A program made the position numbers and the translations under genes. A stretch of 64,000 nucleotides of DNA. Source: Candidatus Dormiibacterota bacterium (lineage in GTDB: Bacteria; Chloroflexota; Dormibacteria; Dormibacterales; Dormibacteraceae). Below are positions 56,362 through 64,000 of the stretch, piece by piece. Location: NCBI GenBank assembly GCA_046727275.1, contig JBKPCH010000031.1, forward strand, positions 244 through 64,243, in the 5' to 3' direction. The notes under the pieces were generated by a model, which made no database searches, was not told the DNA's origin, and saw only the letters and a program-made list of their open reading frames with translations. Position 1 is the stretch's first letter. Every line of letters starts with the position of its first letter.

Positions 56362-58923
56362 GTCCCGCTCGAAGAACTCGGCGTCCGGCAGGGGGGTGCT
56401 GGGCCACTTCGAGGGGCCGCCGCCCAACTCCCTGACCACGTCGTCCAGGTCGGTGAGGCTGGCCAGCGTCAGCGGGTGGTCGGGGCCCAGCACCGCCTCG
56501 CGCACGCTGACGGCCAGCTCGAACTGGAGGCGCGCGCCCTCCAGGTCGCCCAGGCCGCGCAGCAGCCGGCCCATGTCGTGGCGGCTGGCCGCCGTCAGGG
56601 CATGGTCGGGGCCCAGCACCTCCTCGCGGACCTCCAGGGCCCGCGCCAGGTAGGCCCGGGCCCCGCTCAGGTCGCCGTAGGCGATGTGGAGGGCGCCGAC
56701 GTTGGCCAGGCTGGTGGCCGTCTCCGGGTGGTCGGCGCCCAGGCCCTGCTCGCGGATCGCCAGCGCGCGCTCCAGCTGGGGCTGGGCGCCGTACAGGTCG
56801 CCGAGCTCCAGCAGCAGGGTGCCCAGGTTGTTGTGGCTGGTCGCCGTCTGCGGGTCGTACGGCCCCAGCACGCGCTGCGACACGATGAGGGCCTGCTCCA
56901 GGTACGGCTTCGCCCCGTCCAGCTCGCCGAGCTGGCGGAGCAGCATGCCCAGGTTGCTGTAGCTGGCGCCGGTGGCGGGGCTGTCGCCGCCCAGCGTGCG
57001 CTCCCGGATCTCCAGCGCCCGCTCGATGTGCTCGCGGGCGCCGGCCAGGTCGCCCTCCGCCTGGAGCAGCGTGCCCATGTTGTCCATCGCGACCGCCGTG
57101 TCCGGGTGGTCCGGCCCCAGCGTCTCCTCGGACACGCGCAGCGCGTGCTCGACGTAGGTCCGGGCGGCGGTCAGCTCGCCCATCTCCCGCAGCAGCTGGC
57201 CGACGCCGCTGATGGCCAGCAGCGTGCGCGGGTGCTCGGGGCCGAGCGTCCGCTCCAGCGCCTCCAGGGCCCGGCCGCCGTACGTGCGCGCGCCCGGCAG
57301 GTCGCCCTGCTCCTTGAGCAGCAGCCCCAGCCCGTCGAGCCGGTCGATGGTGTCCGGGTGGTCGCCGCCCAGCGAGCGCTCCGACACCTGGAGGGCCCGC
57401 TCCAGCGCCGAGCGGGCGCCGGGCAGGTCGCCCTGGTAGCGCAGGGCCCAGGCCAGGTTGGTGAGGATGACCGCCGTGTCCGGATGCCCCCAGCCGAGCG
57501 TCCCCTCCGCGAGCTGGAGCGCCCGCTCCAGCGAGGCCTGCGCGCCGGCCAGGTCGCCCTGCGCCTGCAGCAGCGAGCCCAGGCAGCTGAGCGTGTTGAT
57601 CGTGCGGTGGTCGGCGGCGCCCAGCACCCCCTCGCAGATCTCCAGGGCCAGCTCGAGGTTCGCGCGGGCCCGGCGGAGGTCGCCGGCGGCCCAGAGCGAG
57701 CGGCCCAGCTCGAAGCACAGGGCGGCCGTCCGCTCGTCCTCGCCGCGCGAGCGCGCCGCCGCGGTGACGGACTCCAGGTGGGGCAGGGCCAGTAGTCGGG
57801 CATTCGCGTCGGCGGCGTCGTTGACGGCGCTGGTCCACGTGATCATCGCCGCCTCGGCCGCGGCCTGGGCCTCCTCGTCCAGCCGGGAGAAGCGCGTGAG
57901 GTCGACCAGCGAGCGGTGGAAGCGGACCAGCTCGTCGCCGTCCGCCTCCAGCAGGCCCAGCTCTACCAGCACGCCGAGGCCGGCCTCGCCGCCCGGACCG
58001 GCCGCCTCCAGCAGCAGGTCGCGGGGCAGCGCCTCACCAGGCGCGAAGCAGGCCGCGCGGGCCAGGAGCGGCAGGGCGGCCCGACCGGCCGGGTCCGAGC
58101 GCTCGAGCCAGCGGTCGGTCAGGGCAAAGGTCCGGGAGACCGGCGACGATTGCAGCGAGCGCCGGCGGCCGAACAGCTGGCGGGAGCTCCCGGGAGGGCC
58201 GGCGATGCCCGGGTCCGCCTCGACGGTCGTCGCGATCGCGCTCGCGTGCTCCAGGATGTCGCGCGAGCGAAGCAGCTCCAACAGCGAGGCGGGGCTGACC
58301 TGCGCGCGGTAGCGGTAGAGGAAGCCGCCGGCCAGGCGCAGGGCGAGCGGCAGGTCGCCGAGCTCCGCTGCGACCTGGCCGATGACGTTGGCCGACTCCT
58401 GGACGTCGGGCCGGAGCTTCCGGAGCAGGCTGACGCTCTCCTCCCGCATCAGCGGCCCGATCGGTATCGGGGTGACCCGGAGCGTGGGGTCCCAGGCCGG
58501 CTCCCGGCACGTCAGGAGGATGTGCGCCCCGCCCGTCGTGGGCAGCCACTCCCGGAGCACGTCCCCGTCGGAGCAGTCGTCGAACAGCAGCAGGCGGGGG
58601 ACGTCGGCCTGCCAGGCGCGCAGGACCAGGTGGAGCTGGTCGTCCAGCGCCAGCTCCGCGAAGTCGGCCCGGAGGTCGAGGCCGCCGGCGCCGCCGCACG
58701 CGGCGACCTCCAGAGCGATCTCGGACGGGGTCGTGAAGCTGACCCAGAAGACGCCGCCGGCGAAGAAGCGGCCGAAGCGGTGGCCGAACTCGATCGCCAG
58801 CTGGGTCTTGCCCACGCCGTCCGGACCGGCGACCGCGACGGTACGACCCGTCTTCAGGGCTGCCGCGACGCGCTTCAGGTCGGCGGCCCGCCCGGTGAAC
58901 AACGGGTTTCGTGCCGGGGTCAT
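56359..58923 (-). CDS. STAND NTPase: NB-ARC-type P-loop domain followed by ten tandem 42-aa TPR (KLC-like) modules
   Basis: RNPLFTGRAADLKRVAAAL...VAVAGPDGVGKTQLAIEF (Walker A) and LLLFDDCSD (Walker B). Then come 10 modules of the pattern LERALxIxExxLGPDHPxTAxxLxNLGxLLxxxGDLxGA. Start taken at ATG 58923. An in-frame GTG at 59058 is an alternative. Confidence 0.8.
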   Translation of the reverse strand: MTPARNPLFTGRAADLKRVAAALKTGRTVAVAGPDGVGKTQLAIEFGHRFGRFFAGGVFWVSFTTPSEIALEVAACGGAGGLDLRADFAELALDDQLHLVLRAWQADVPRLLLFDDCSDGDVLREWLPTTGGAHILLTCREPAWDPTLRVTPIPIGPLMREESVSLLRKLRPDVQESANVIGQVAAELGDLPLALRLAGGFLYRYRAQVSPASLLELLRSRDILEHASAIATTVEADPGIAGPPGSSRQLFGRRRSLQSSPVSRTFALTDRWLERSDPAGRAALPLLARAACFAPGEALPRDLLLEAAGPGGEAGLGVLVELGLLEADGDELVRFHRSLVDLTRFSRLDEEAQAAAEAAMITWTSAVNDAADANARLLALPHLESVTAAARSRGEDERTAALCFELGRSLWAAGDLRRARANLELALEICEGVLGAADHRTINTLSCLGSLLQAQGDLAGAQASLERALQLAEGTLGWGHPDTAVILTNLAWALRYQGDLPGARSALERALQVSERSLGGDHPDTIDRLDGLGLLLKEQGDLPGARTYGGRALEALERTLGPEHPRTLLAISGVGQLLREMGELTAARTYVEHALRVSEETLGPDHPDTAVAMDNMGTLLQAEGDLAGAREHIERALEIRERTLGGDSPATGASYSNLGMLLRQLGELDGAKPYLEQALIVSQRVLGPYDPQTATSHNNLGTLLLELGDLYGAQPQLERALAIREQGLGADHPETATSLANVGALHIAYGDLSGARAYLARALEVREEVLGPDHALTAASRHDMGRLLRGLGDLEGARLQFELAVSVREAVLGPDHPLTLASLTDLDDVVRELGGGPSKWPSTPLPDAEFFERD

Positions 58924-59171
58924 CCGCGAGCCGTCCGGCAGCGGTCCCGGCTGCGAGAGTACGTCGAGCGGCAGCTGCTGCAGCTGCGCCCGTGCGGTGT
59001 CCAGCTCGGTCTCGATGGGTATCCGGCTCCTTGCTCCCGCTGGTCGCGGCGAATGCACTATACGTTGGGGGAGCGATCTACCGCTCGACAGTCTCTCGGA
59101 CCGTCCGCGCGGCCGTCTGGCGACTCGCCCCGTTGCCAAGCGGGGCCCCCTCGGAGGGGCCCTGGAGACCT

Positions 59172-59918
59172 CTAGAGCGGGCGCGGCCGCCTGGTGGCCG
59201 CCCTGACCACGTCCTCGACGACCGGGCCAGGCAGGCCGAGGCGGGCCGCCAGCTCGGCCATCGACTCGCCCGCCAGCCACCGGCGCACGACCTCCGCGAC
59301 CGGCACGCGCGACGGCTCCAGCACCGGGCCGCCCATCGCCAGGTCCGCGTCGACCACGACCCGCGCGAGCGAGTAGCCAGGCAGCTCCAGGCTGTCCGGC
59401 CAGTGGTCGGGGCCGTAGCGGACGCGCCGCAGCTGCTCGCAGACCAGCGGCGCGAAGACGCGCTGTCCGCCCCGTACGGTGACGAGCTCGGGACCACCAT
59501 CGAGGGCAAGGTGCGCGCCGCAGTCGTACAGCACCTCGGCACCGTCCGTCGCAAGCAGCTCGCTGGCCAGCGCGTGGCGCAGGCCCAGCTCGCGCTCCAG
59601 CCGCTCCAGGGCGGGACGGACGCGCTGCAGCGGCACGCCCGCGTGCCGGAACGCGCCGAGCGCCAGGCCCTCGGCCAGGCCCAGGAATGGGACGACCGGC
59701 TCGCCGCGTCCGGCGGCCAGCGAGAGCACGATCGGCCGGCCCGTCACCGGCGCCCGGCCGGGCACCTCCTGGCGGTAGCCGTGCACCCAGGCCGCGAATG
59801 TGCTGCGCGGCACGTCCAGCAGGGCCGCCGCCTCCGCGACCGTGAACAGGCCGCGGCTGACGCGCGGGTCGTCCAGGGGCAGGCTGGCGATGCGCTCGAC
59901 CGTCTCCAGCGTCACCAT
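59172..59918 (-). CDS. HTH plus DUF433 protein (VapB45-like antitoxin architecture)
   Basis: N-terminus FTVAEAAALLDVPRSTFAAWVHG is an HTH. C-terminus VVVDADLAMGGPVLEPSRVPVAEVVRRWLAGESMAELAARLGLPGPVVEDVVRAA matches the DUF433 pattern. Confidence 0.7.
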   Translation of the reverse strand: MVTLETVERIASLPLDDPRVSRGLFTVAEAAALLDVPRSTFAAWVHGYRQEVPGRAPVTGRPIVLSLAAGRGEPVVPFLGLAEGLALGAFRHAGVPLQRVRPALERLERELGLRHALASELLATDGAEVLYDCGAHLALDGGPELVTVRGGQRVFAPLVCEQLRRVRYGPDHWPDSLELPGYSLARVVVDADLAMGGPVLEPSRVPVAEVVRRWLAGESMAELAARLGLPGPVVEDVVRAATRRPRPL

Positions 59919-59966
59919 GCAGATTCAAACATATGTTCGCAGTTGGTGTCACGTAGGCTCGCTGAC

Positions 59967-61229
59967 ATGCGAGCCGAGACCAGCGACCGCATAGGAGAGG
60001 AGCCGCTCGACCGCCGCGACCGCTGGCTCCCGCCGGGGCCCGAGGCGGTGCCCCTGGACCGGGTCGGGGCGCAGGGCTGGCACGCGCTGACCGACCTGCT
60101 GCTGCCGGTCGTCACGCTGCGCGAGGGGGCGCTGCGCCACAACCTGGACCTGATGGCCCGGTTCTGCGCGCGCAGCGGCGTGTCGCTGGCGCCGCACGGC
60201 AAGACCACGATGTCGCCCCAGCTCGTCCGCCGGCAGCTCGACGCGGGCGCCTGGGCCGTGACGGCCGCGTCGCCGGCCCAGGCCCGGCTGTTCCGGGCCT
60301 TCGGCGTGCAGCGGGTGGTGATCGCCAACCAGGTCGTCGATCCGGTCGGGCTGCGCTGGCTCCGGGAGGAGCTGGCCGCGCACCCCGAGGCGTGGCTCTG
60401 CTGCCTGGTCGACTCGGAGCGCGGGGTCGAGCTGATGGACCGCGGCCTGGAGGGTGCCCCGGTCCGCCTCCCGGTGCTGCTGGAGATGGGGATGACGCGG
60501 GGCCGGGCCGGCTGCCGGACGCCCGGCGAGGCCGCGCGGGTGGCGGCGGCGGTCGGCGCCAGCCGGTCCCTCCGCCTGGCCGGCGTCGAGTGCTTCGAGG
60601 GCATCCGGCACGAGGCGGACGCCGACGTCGAGGGCCTGCTCGCCGGCGTCCGGGAGGTGGCCTCGTCGCTGATCCGGTCGGGCGCGTTCGCCGGCTCGGA
60701 GGAGGTGCTGGTGACAGCCGGCGGCAGCCTGCTCTTCGACCGGGTCGTGCACCACCTGGCCGGCGGCTGGGACGCGGGCCCGCCGGTCCGGGTCCTGCTC
60801 CGCAGCGGCTGCTACCTCACGCACGACCACGGCGACTACGAGCGGGGGTCGCCGTTCGGCACCCGCCTGCCCGAGTGGGAGCCGCTGCGCCAGGCGCTCG
60901 AGGGGTGGGGCCTGGTGCACTCCCGGCCCGAGCCGGACCTGGCCATCCTCGGCTTCGGCAAGCGGGACGTCTCCTACGACGTGGCGCTGCCCCGCCCGCT
61001 GTGGGTCCGGGACCGGGCCGGCGCGACGCGGGCCGCGGCGGGGCTGGAGGTGTTCAGGCTCAACGACCAGCACGCCTACCTGCGGCTGCCGGCCGGCGAC
61101 CCGCTGGCCGCCGGCGACCTGGTCGGCTGCGGCCTCGCCCACCCGTGCACGGTGTTCGACAAGTGGCGCTCGATGCCGGTCGTCGACGACGACTACCGGG
61201 TGGTGGGAGCGATCCGCACCTGCTTCTGA
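59967..61229 (+). CDS. alanine-racemase-N-terminal-fold PLP enzyme (D-serine dehydratase/D-threonine aldolase-like, COG3616-type)
   Basis: LLLPVVTLREGALRHNLDLMARFCARSGVSLAPHGKTTMSPQL (PLP-Lys in HGKT) and a C-terminal beta domain HPCTVFDKW. Confidence 0.75.
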   Translation: MRAETSDRIGEEPLDRRDRWLPPGPEAVPLDRVGAQGWHALTDLLLPVVTLREGALRHNLDLMARFCARSGVSLAPHGKTTMSPQLVRRQLDAGAWAVTAASPAQARLFRAFGVQRVVIANQVVDPVGLRWLREELAAHPEAWLCCLVDSERGVELMDRGLEGAPVRLPVLLEMGMTRGRAGCRTPGEAARVAAAVGASRSLRLAGVECFEGIRHEADADVEGLLAGVREVASSLIRSGAFAGSEEVLVTAGGSLLFDRVVHHLAGGWDAGPPVRVLLRSGCYLTHDHGDYERGSPFGTRLPEWEPLRQALEGWGLVHSRPEPDLAILGFGKRDVSYDVALPRPLWVRDRAGATRAAAGLEVFRLNDQHAYLRLPAGDPLAAGDLVGCGLAHPCTVFDKWRSMPVVDDDYRVVGAIRTCF

Positions 61230-62380
61230 GCGGCCGCCCGCCAGTCGCGCAGGGCCGCGAGCAGGCGGGCGTTGTCCTCGGCCGTGCGAACCGTGAGGCG
61301 GAGGTGGCCGGGCAGCAGGGGGTGGTCGGCGTAGTTGCGCACCACGATCCCGCGCGCCTCCAGCCACTGCGCCGCCGAGTGGGCCGCGGCGGGGCTCGCC
61401 CAGCCCGTGAGCAGGAAGTTCGTAACGGACGGAAGGACGCGCGCACCCAGGGCGGTCAGGCCGGCGGCAAGCGGCTCCCGCTGCTCGACGGTGCGGCGGA
61501 CGTTCTCGTGCATCGCGGGCAGGTCCCGCAGGGCGGCCGCGCCGAGCCGGGCGGTCACCCGGGACACGCTGTTGGGCGGCCGCACCCGGTTCAGCAGCTC
61601 GATGACCTCGCGCTGCGCCACGGCCCAGCCCAGGCGCATGCCGGCCATGCCGAACGCCTTGGACATCGTGCGCACGACCACCAGGTTGGGGTAGCGCGGC
61701 ACGAGCGCGGTCGCCGACCAGCCGGCGAACTCGGCGTACGCCTCGTCCACGACGACGACGCAGGGCGCCGCCGAGAGCAGCTCCTCGACGTCGGCGGGAT
61801 CCGCCGCGTTGCCGGTCGGGCTGTTGGGGTTGCAGTACCAGAGCAGCTTGGCGCCGGCGGCCGCGCTCACCAGGGCCTGGACGTCGGGCGAGTAGTCGTG
61901 GCGGAGGGGCACCCGGCGGACCGTGGCGCCCATCTGCTCGCTGACGATCGCGTACATGGGGTAGGTCGGCGCCGGGATGACCACCGGGTCGCCGTTGTCC
62001 AGGAAGGTCTTGGAGACGACGTCCAGGACCTCGTCGGCGCCCGCCCCCACCACGACGTGGTCCGCCGGCACCCCGCAGTAGCCGCCGAACAGCGGCGCCA
62101 GCTCGGCGTAGCCCGTGTCGAAGTACTCGTTGGGCAGGCGCTCCAGGCGGGCGGTCTCCATGGCCGAGTCCCAGGCGGCGGGCGGGTAGGGCGACGTGTT
62201 GAGGTCGAACCGGAGCACGTCCTCGAGCCGCAGCCCGTGGCGGGCGGCCACCTCCTCGCTGGACAGCTCCCAGGCGTAGGCGTCCAGCTCCAGGACGGTC
62301 CGGCGGGCCAGGCGGCGGACGGCATCCGCGTCGGCGTGCAGCACCCCGCGAGTGTAGAGGGAGCGCGCATCATGTCTCAT
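61193..62380 (-). CDS. histidinol-phosphate/aromatic aminotransferase family (class I/II) enzyme
   Basis: FDLNTSPYPP, YCNPNSPTGN, VVDEAYAEF and VVVRTMSKAFGMAGMRLGW (PLP-Lys). Its 3' end overlaps the convergent gene by 37 nt. Confidence 0.8.
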   Translation of the reverse strand: MRHDARSLYTRGVLHADADAVRRLARRTVLELDAYAWELSSEEVAARHGLRLEDVLRFDLNTSPYPPAAWDSAMETARLERLPNEYFDTGYAELAPLFGGYCGVPADHVVVGAGADEVLDVVSKTFLDNGDPVVIPAPTYPMYAIVSEQMGATVRRVPLRHDYSPDVQALVSAAAGAKLLWYCNPNSPTGNAADPADVEELLSAAPCVVVVDEAYAEFAGWSATALVPRYPNLVVVRTMSKAFGMAGMRLGWAVAQREVIELLNRVRPPNSVSRVTARLGAAALRDLPAMHENVRRTVEQREPLAAGLTALGARVLPSVTNFLLTGWASPAAAHSAAQWLEARGIVVRNYADHPLLPGHLRLTVRTAEDNARLLAALRDWRAAAQKQVRIAPTTR

Positions 62381-63115
62381 ATGCGGGTGGCGGTGCTCGA
62401 CGACGTCCACGGCAACCTGCCGGCGCTGGAGGCGGCCCTCGGGGCCGCCGAGGCCGAGGCGCCGGACCTCCTCGTCTTCGGCGGCGACGTGGCGGCGGGC
62501 CCGATGCCGGTGGACACCATCGAGCGGCTGGCCGGCCTCGCCGGCCGGGCGCGCTTCGTCAGGGGCAACGCCGACCGCGCGATGGTCGAGGTCTTCGACG
62601 GCCGGCGGGAGCCGTCGCCGTTCGACGGCTGGGCCGCCGCCCGGTTGGACAGGGCGCATCGCGACTTCCTGGCCTCGTTCGAGGCGGCCGTCGAGGTGGA
62701 GGTGGACGGTCTGGGCCCGGTCTGCTTCTGCCACGCCGTGCCGGCCGACGACGACCGGCCGCTCGTCACCGCCGCGACGCCCGAGCAGGTGGTGGTGGAG
62801 GCGTTCGCCGGCACCGCCGCCCCCGTCGTGGTGGCCGGCCACGTGCACATGCAGTTCGACCGCCGGGCGGGCGGCCGGCGGTGGGTGAACGCGGGCAGCG
62901 TCGGGATGCCCTACGCGGCCCGCCCCGGCGCCTACTGGGCGCTGCTGGGCCCGGACGTGAGCCTGCGCCGCACCGACTACGACGTCGAGGCGGCGGCGGC
63001 CGCCATCAGGGCCACGGGCCACGCCCCGTGGGTGGACATGGCCGCAGGGCTCGTCCAGCCGCACACGGAAGACGAGGCGATCGAGGTGTTCGAGCGGGCC
63101 GCCGGCCGCCGGTAG
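62381..63115 (+). CDS. metallophosphoesterase-family protein
   Basis: MRVAVLDDVHGN, FGGDVAAG, RGNADR and AGHVHMQF are calcineurin-like motifs. An alternative ATG lies at 62372. Confidence 0.75.
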   Translation: MRVAVLDDVHGNLPALEAALGAAEAEAPDLLVFGGDVAAGPMPVDTIERLAGLAGRARFVRGNADRAMVEVFDGRREPSPFDGWAAARLDRAHRDFLASFEAAVEVEVDGLGPVCFCHAVPADDDRPLVTAATPEQVVVEAFAGTAAPVVVAGHVHMQFDRRAGGRRWVNAGSVGMPYAARPGAYWALLGPDVSLRRTDYDVEAAAAAIRATGHAPWVDMAAGLVQPHTEDEAIEVFERAAGRR

Positions 63116-63293
63116 AGGTCCGGCCGGAAAGGCAGGCGGTTCTTCGCCGCCCATGCACCCCATCTCCGGGGTTGGCTTCTGCGGTGCTCTTTTCCCGGCC
63201 TGGCGGCCGCTCCCTGCGCTCCTCGGCGCCGCCCCCGGATCTGGGGCACCTGGACGACGAATCTCTCGCCAGCCTTTCCGGCCGGACCCCTAG
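63113..63293 (-). mobile_element. MITE-like repeat, copy 2 (inverted relative to copy 1)
   Basis: The reverse complement aligns base-for-base with 56182-361. For example, ggctggcgagagattcgtcgtccagg and caccgcagaagccaaccccggagatggggtgcatgggcggcgaaga are shared. Confidence 0.7.
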
Positions 63294-63303
63294 CCTTGAT
63301 CTC

Positions 63304-63681
63304 ATGACGATGGACGGCGCCGGCGTGCTCGCCTGGTGCCGGGCGCGCCCGGGCGCCACCGAGGAGCGTCCCTTCGGGCCGGACGTGCTGGTCTTCAAGG
63401 TCGCGGGCAAGATGTTCGCGGCGTGCCCGGCGGAGGCGTTCCCCACCCACGTGAGCCTCAAGTGCGACCCGGCGTTCGCCGAGCACCTGCGGGCCGAGCA
63501 CGCCGCGATCACGGCCGCCTACCACATGTCGAAGCGGCACTGGAACTCCGTCCGGCTGGACGGGAGCCTGCCCGACGGCCTCGTGGAGGACCTGCTGGGA
63601 CACTCGTACACGCTGGTGGTGGACGGGCTGCCCCGGAAGGTCCGCGAGGCGCTGCGGGCGAGCGACCCCGCTCTGGGGTAG
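63304..63681 (+). CDS. MmcQ/YjbR-family DNA-binding protein
   Basis: ERPFGPDVLVFKVAGKMFAA...VSLKCDP...YHMSKRHWNSVRLDG. Confidence 0.8.
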   Translation: MTMDGAGVLAWCRARPGATEERPFGPDVLVFKVAGKMFAACPAEAFPTHVSLKCDPAFAEHLRAEHAAITAAYHMSKRHWNSVRLDGSLPDGLVEDLLGHSYTLVVDGLPRKVREALRASDPALG

Positions 63682-63827
63682 CCGGAGGGGACGCGGCGGG
63701 CCGGCCCGGCCGGCCGGAGACGACGACGGCCGGCGGCCTGGCTCAGGCCAGCCCGCCCTGGCCACGCCGGCAACGTGGCCGGCCCGCTATGCATCGCCCA
63801 CCGCCCGGGCGCTACCCTCTTGCGGCT

Positions 63828-64000
63828 ATGCGCCCGGACCCCGAGCTCGTGAGCGCTCTCCGCGCGGCGGTCGAGCGCGACCCGGACTCGGTGCCTCTCA
63901 GGCTCCATCTGGCGGACATGCTGCTGGCCGCCGGGGCGGCGACCGAGGCGCTGAAGCACTACGCCGCCGCCCTGGGCCGGGACCCGTCCAACGCGGATGC
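63828..64000 (+). CDS. TPR-like protein, N-terminal part; runs off the right edge
   Basis: My translation from the ATG at 63828 gives MRPDPELVSALRAAVERDPDSVPLRLHLADMLLAAGAATEALKHYAAALGRDPSNADA. It stays open to the end of the window. Confidence 0.4.
   Translation, partial: MRPDPELVSALRAAVERDPDSVPLRLHLADMLLAAGAATEALKHYAAALGRDPSNAD

Noticed and set aside
56400-57700. 126-bp periodic similarity on the DNA level.
   Set aside because: It is explained by the ten 42-aa TPR modules of the STAND gene and is not an independent repeat element.

Overview
High-GC (roughly 70%) bacterial chromosome segment, Actinomycetota- or Chloroflexota-like by gene content and by GC-rich palindromic intergenic repeats. 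All calls are hand-made from the ORF track and my own translations, with no database search. The window has three parts. (1) About 1-25 kb is an accessory, partly decayed region. It holds two lower-GC patches (about 0.9-3.0 kb and 6.25-6.9 kb), an integrase-N-terminal-domain/methyltransferase fusion gene, a GNAT and a large LuxR-HTH/ATPase/TPR regulator. It also holds a B12-radical-SAM plus TetR pair, a collagen-like glycine-rich secreted protein and a class-V PLP enzyme. Gene remnants are frequent here: large serine recombinase, BNR-repeat protein, GNAT, a frameshifted SMP-30 gene and a fragment copy of the integrase-like gene. The region ends at a tRNA-Leu gene (24941-25026, minus strand). 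(2) About 25-37.5 kb carries ordinary metabolic and stress genes: quinone oxidoreductase, amidase, MarR, patatin, GT4 glycosyltransferase, methyltransferase, BKACE, VOC, PEBP, SHOCT and nucleoside hydrolase. (3) 37.4-47.7 kb is an intact minus-strand purine operon, purB-purC-purS-purQ-purL-purF-purM-purN-purH, followed by a tiny Cys-rich ORF. Next comes a plus-strand cluster at 47.9-56.1 kb: ECF sigma, anti-sigma-like protein, FtsX permease, ABC ATPase, DUF1800, DUF1501, a small membrane ORF and a ferric-reductase-like protein. The last unit is a 6.75-kb cassette (56.2-63.3 kb) bounded by two inverted copies of a roughly 180-bp MITE-like element. It carries an NB-ARC/TPR STAND NTPase next to an HTH-DUF433 antitoxin-like gene. 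I consider this cassette and the inverted 306-bp duplication bracketing 5.4-23.4 kb the best leads. No CRISPR array, reverse transcriptase or intact transposase was seen.
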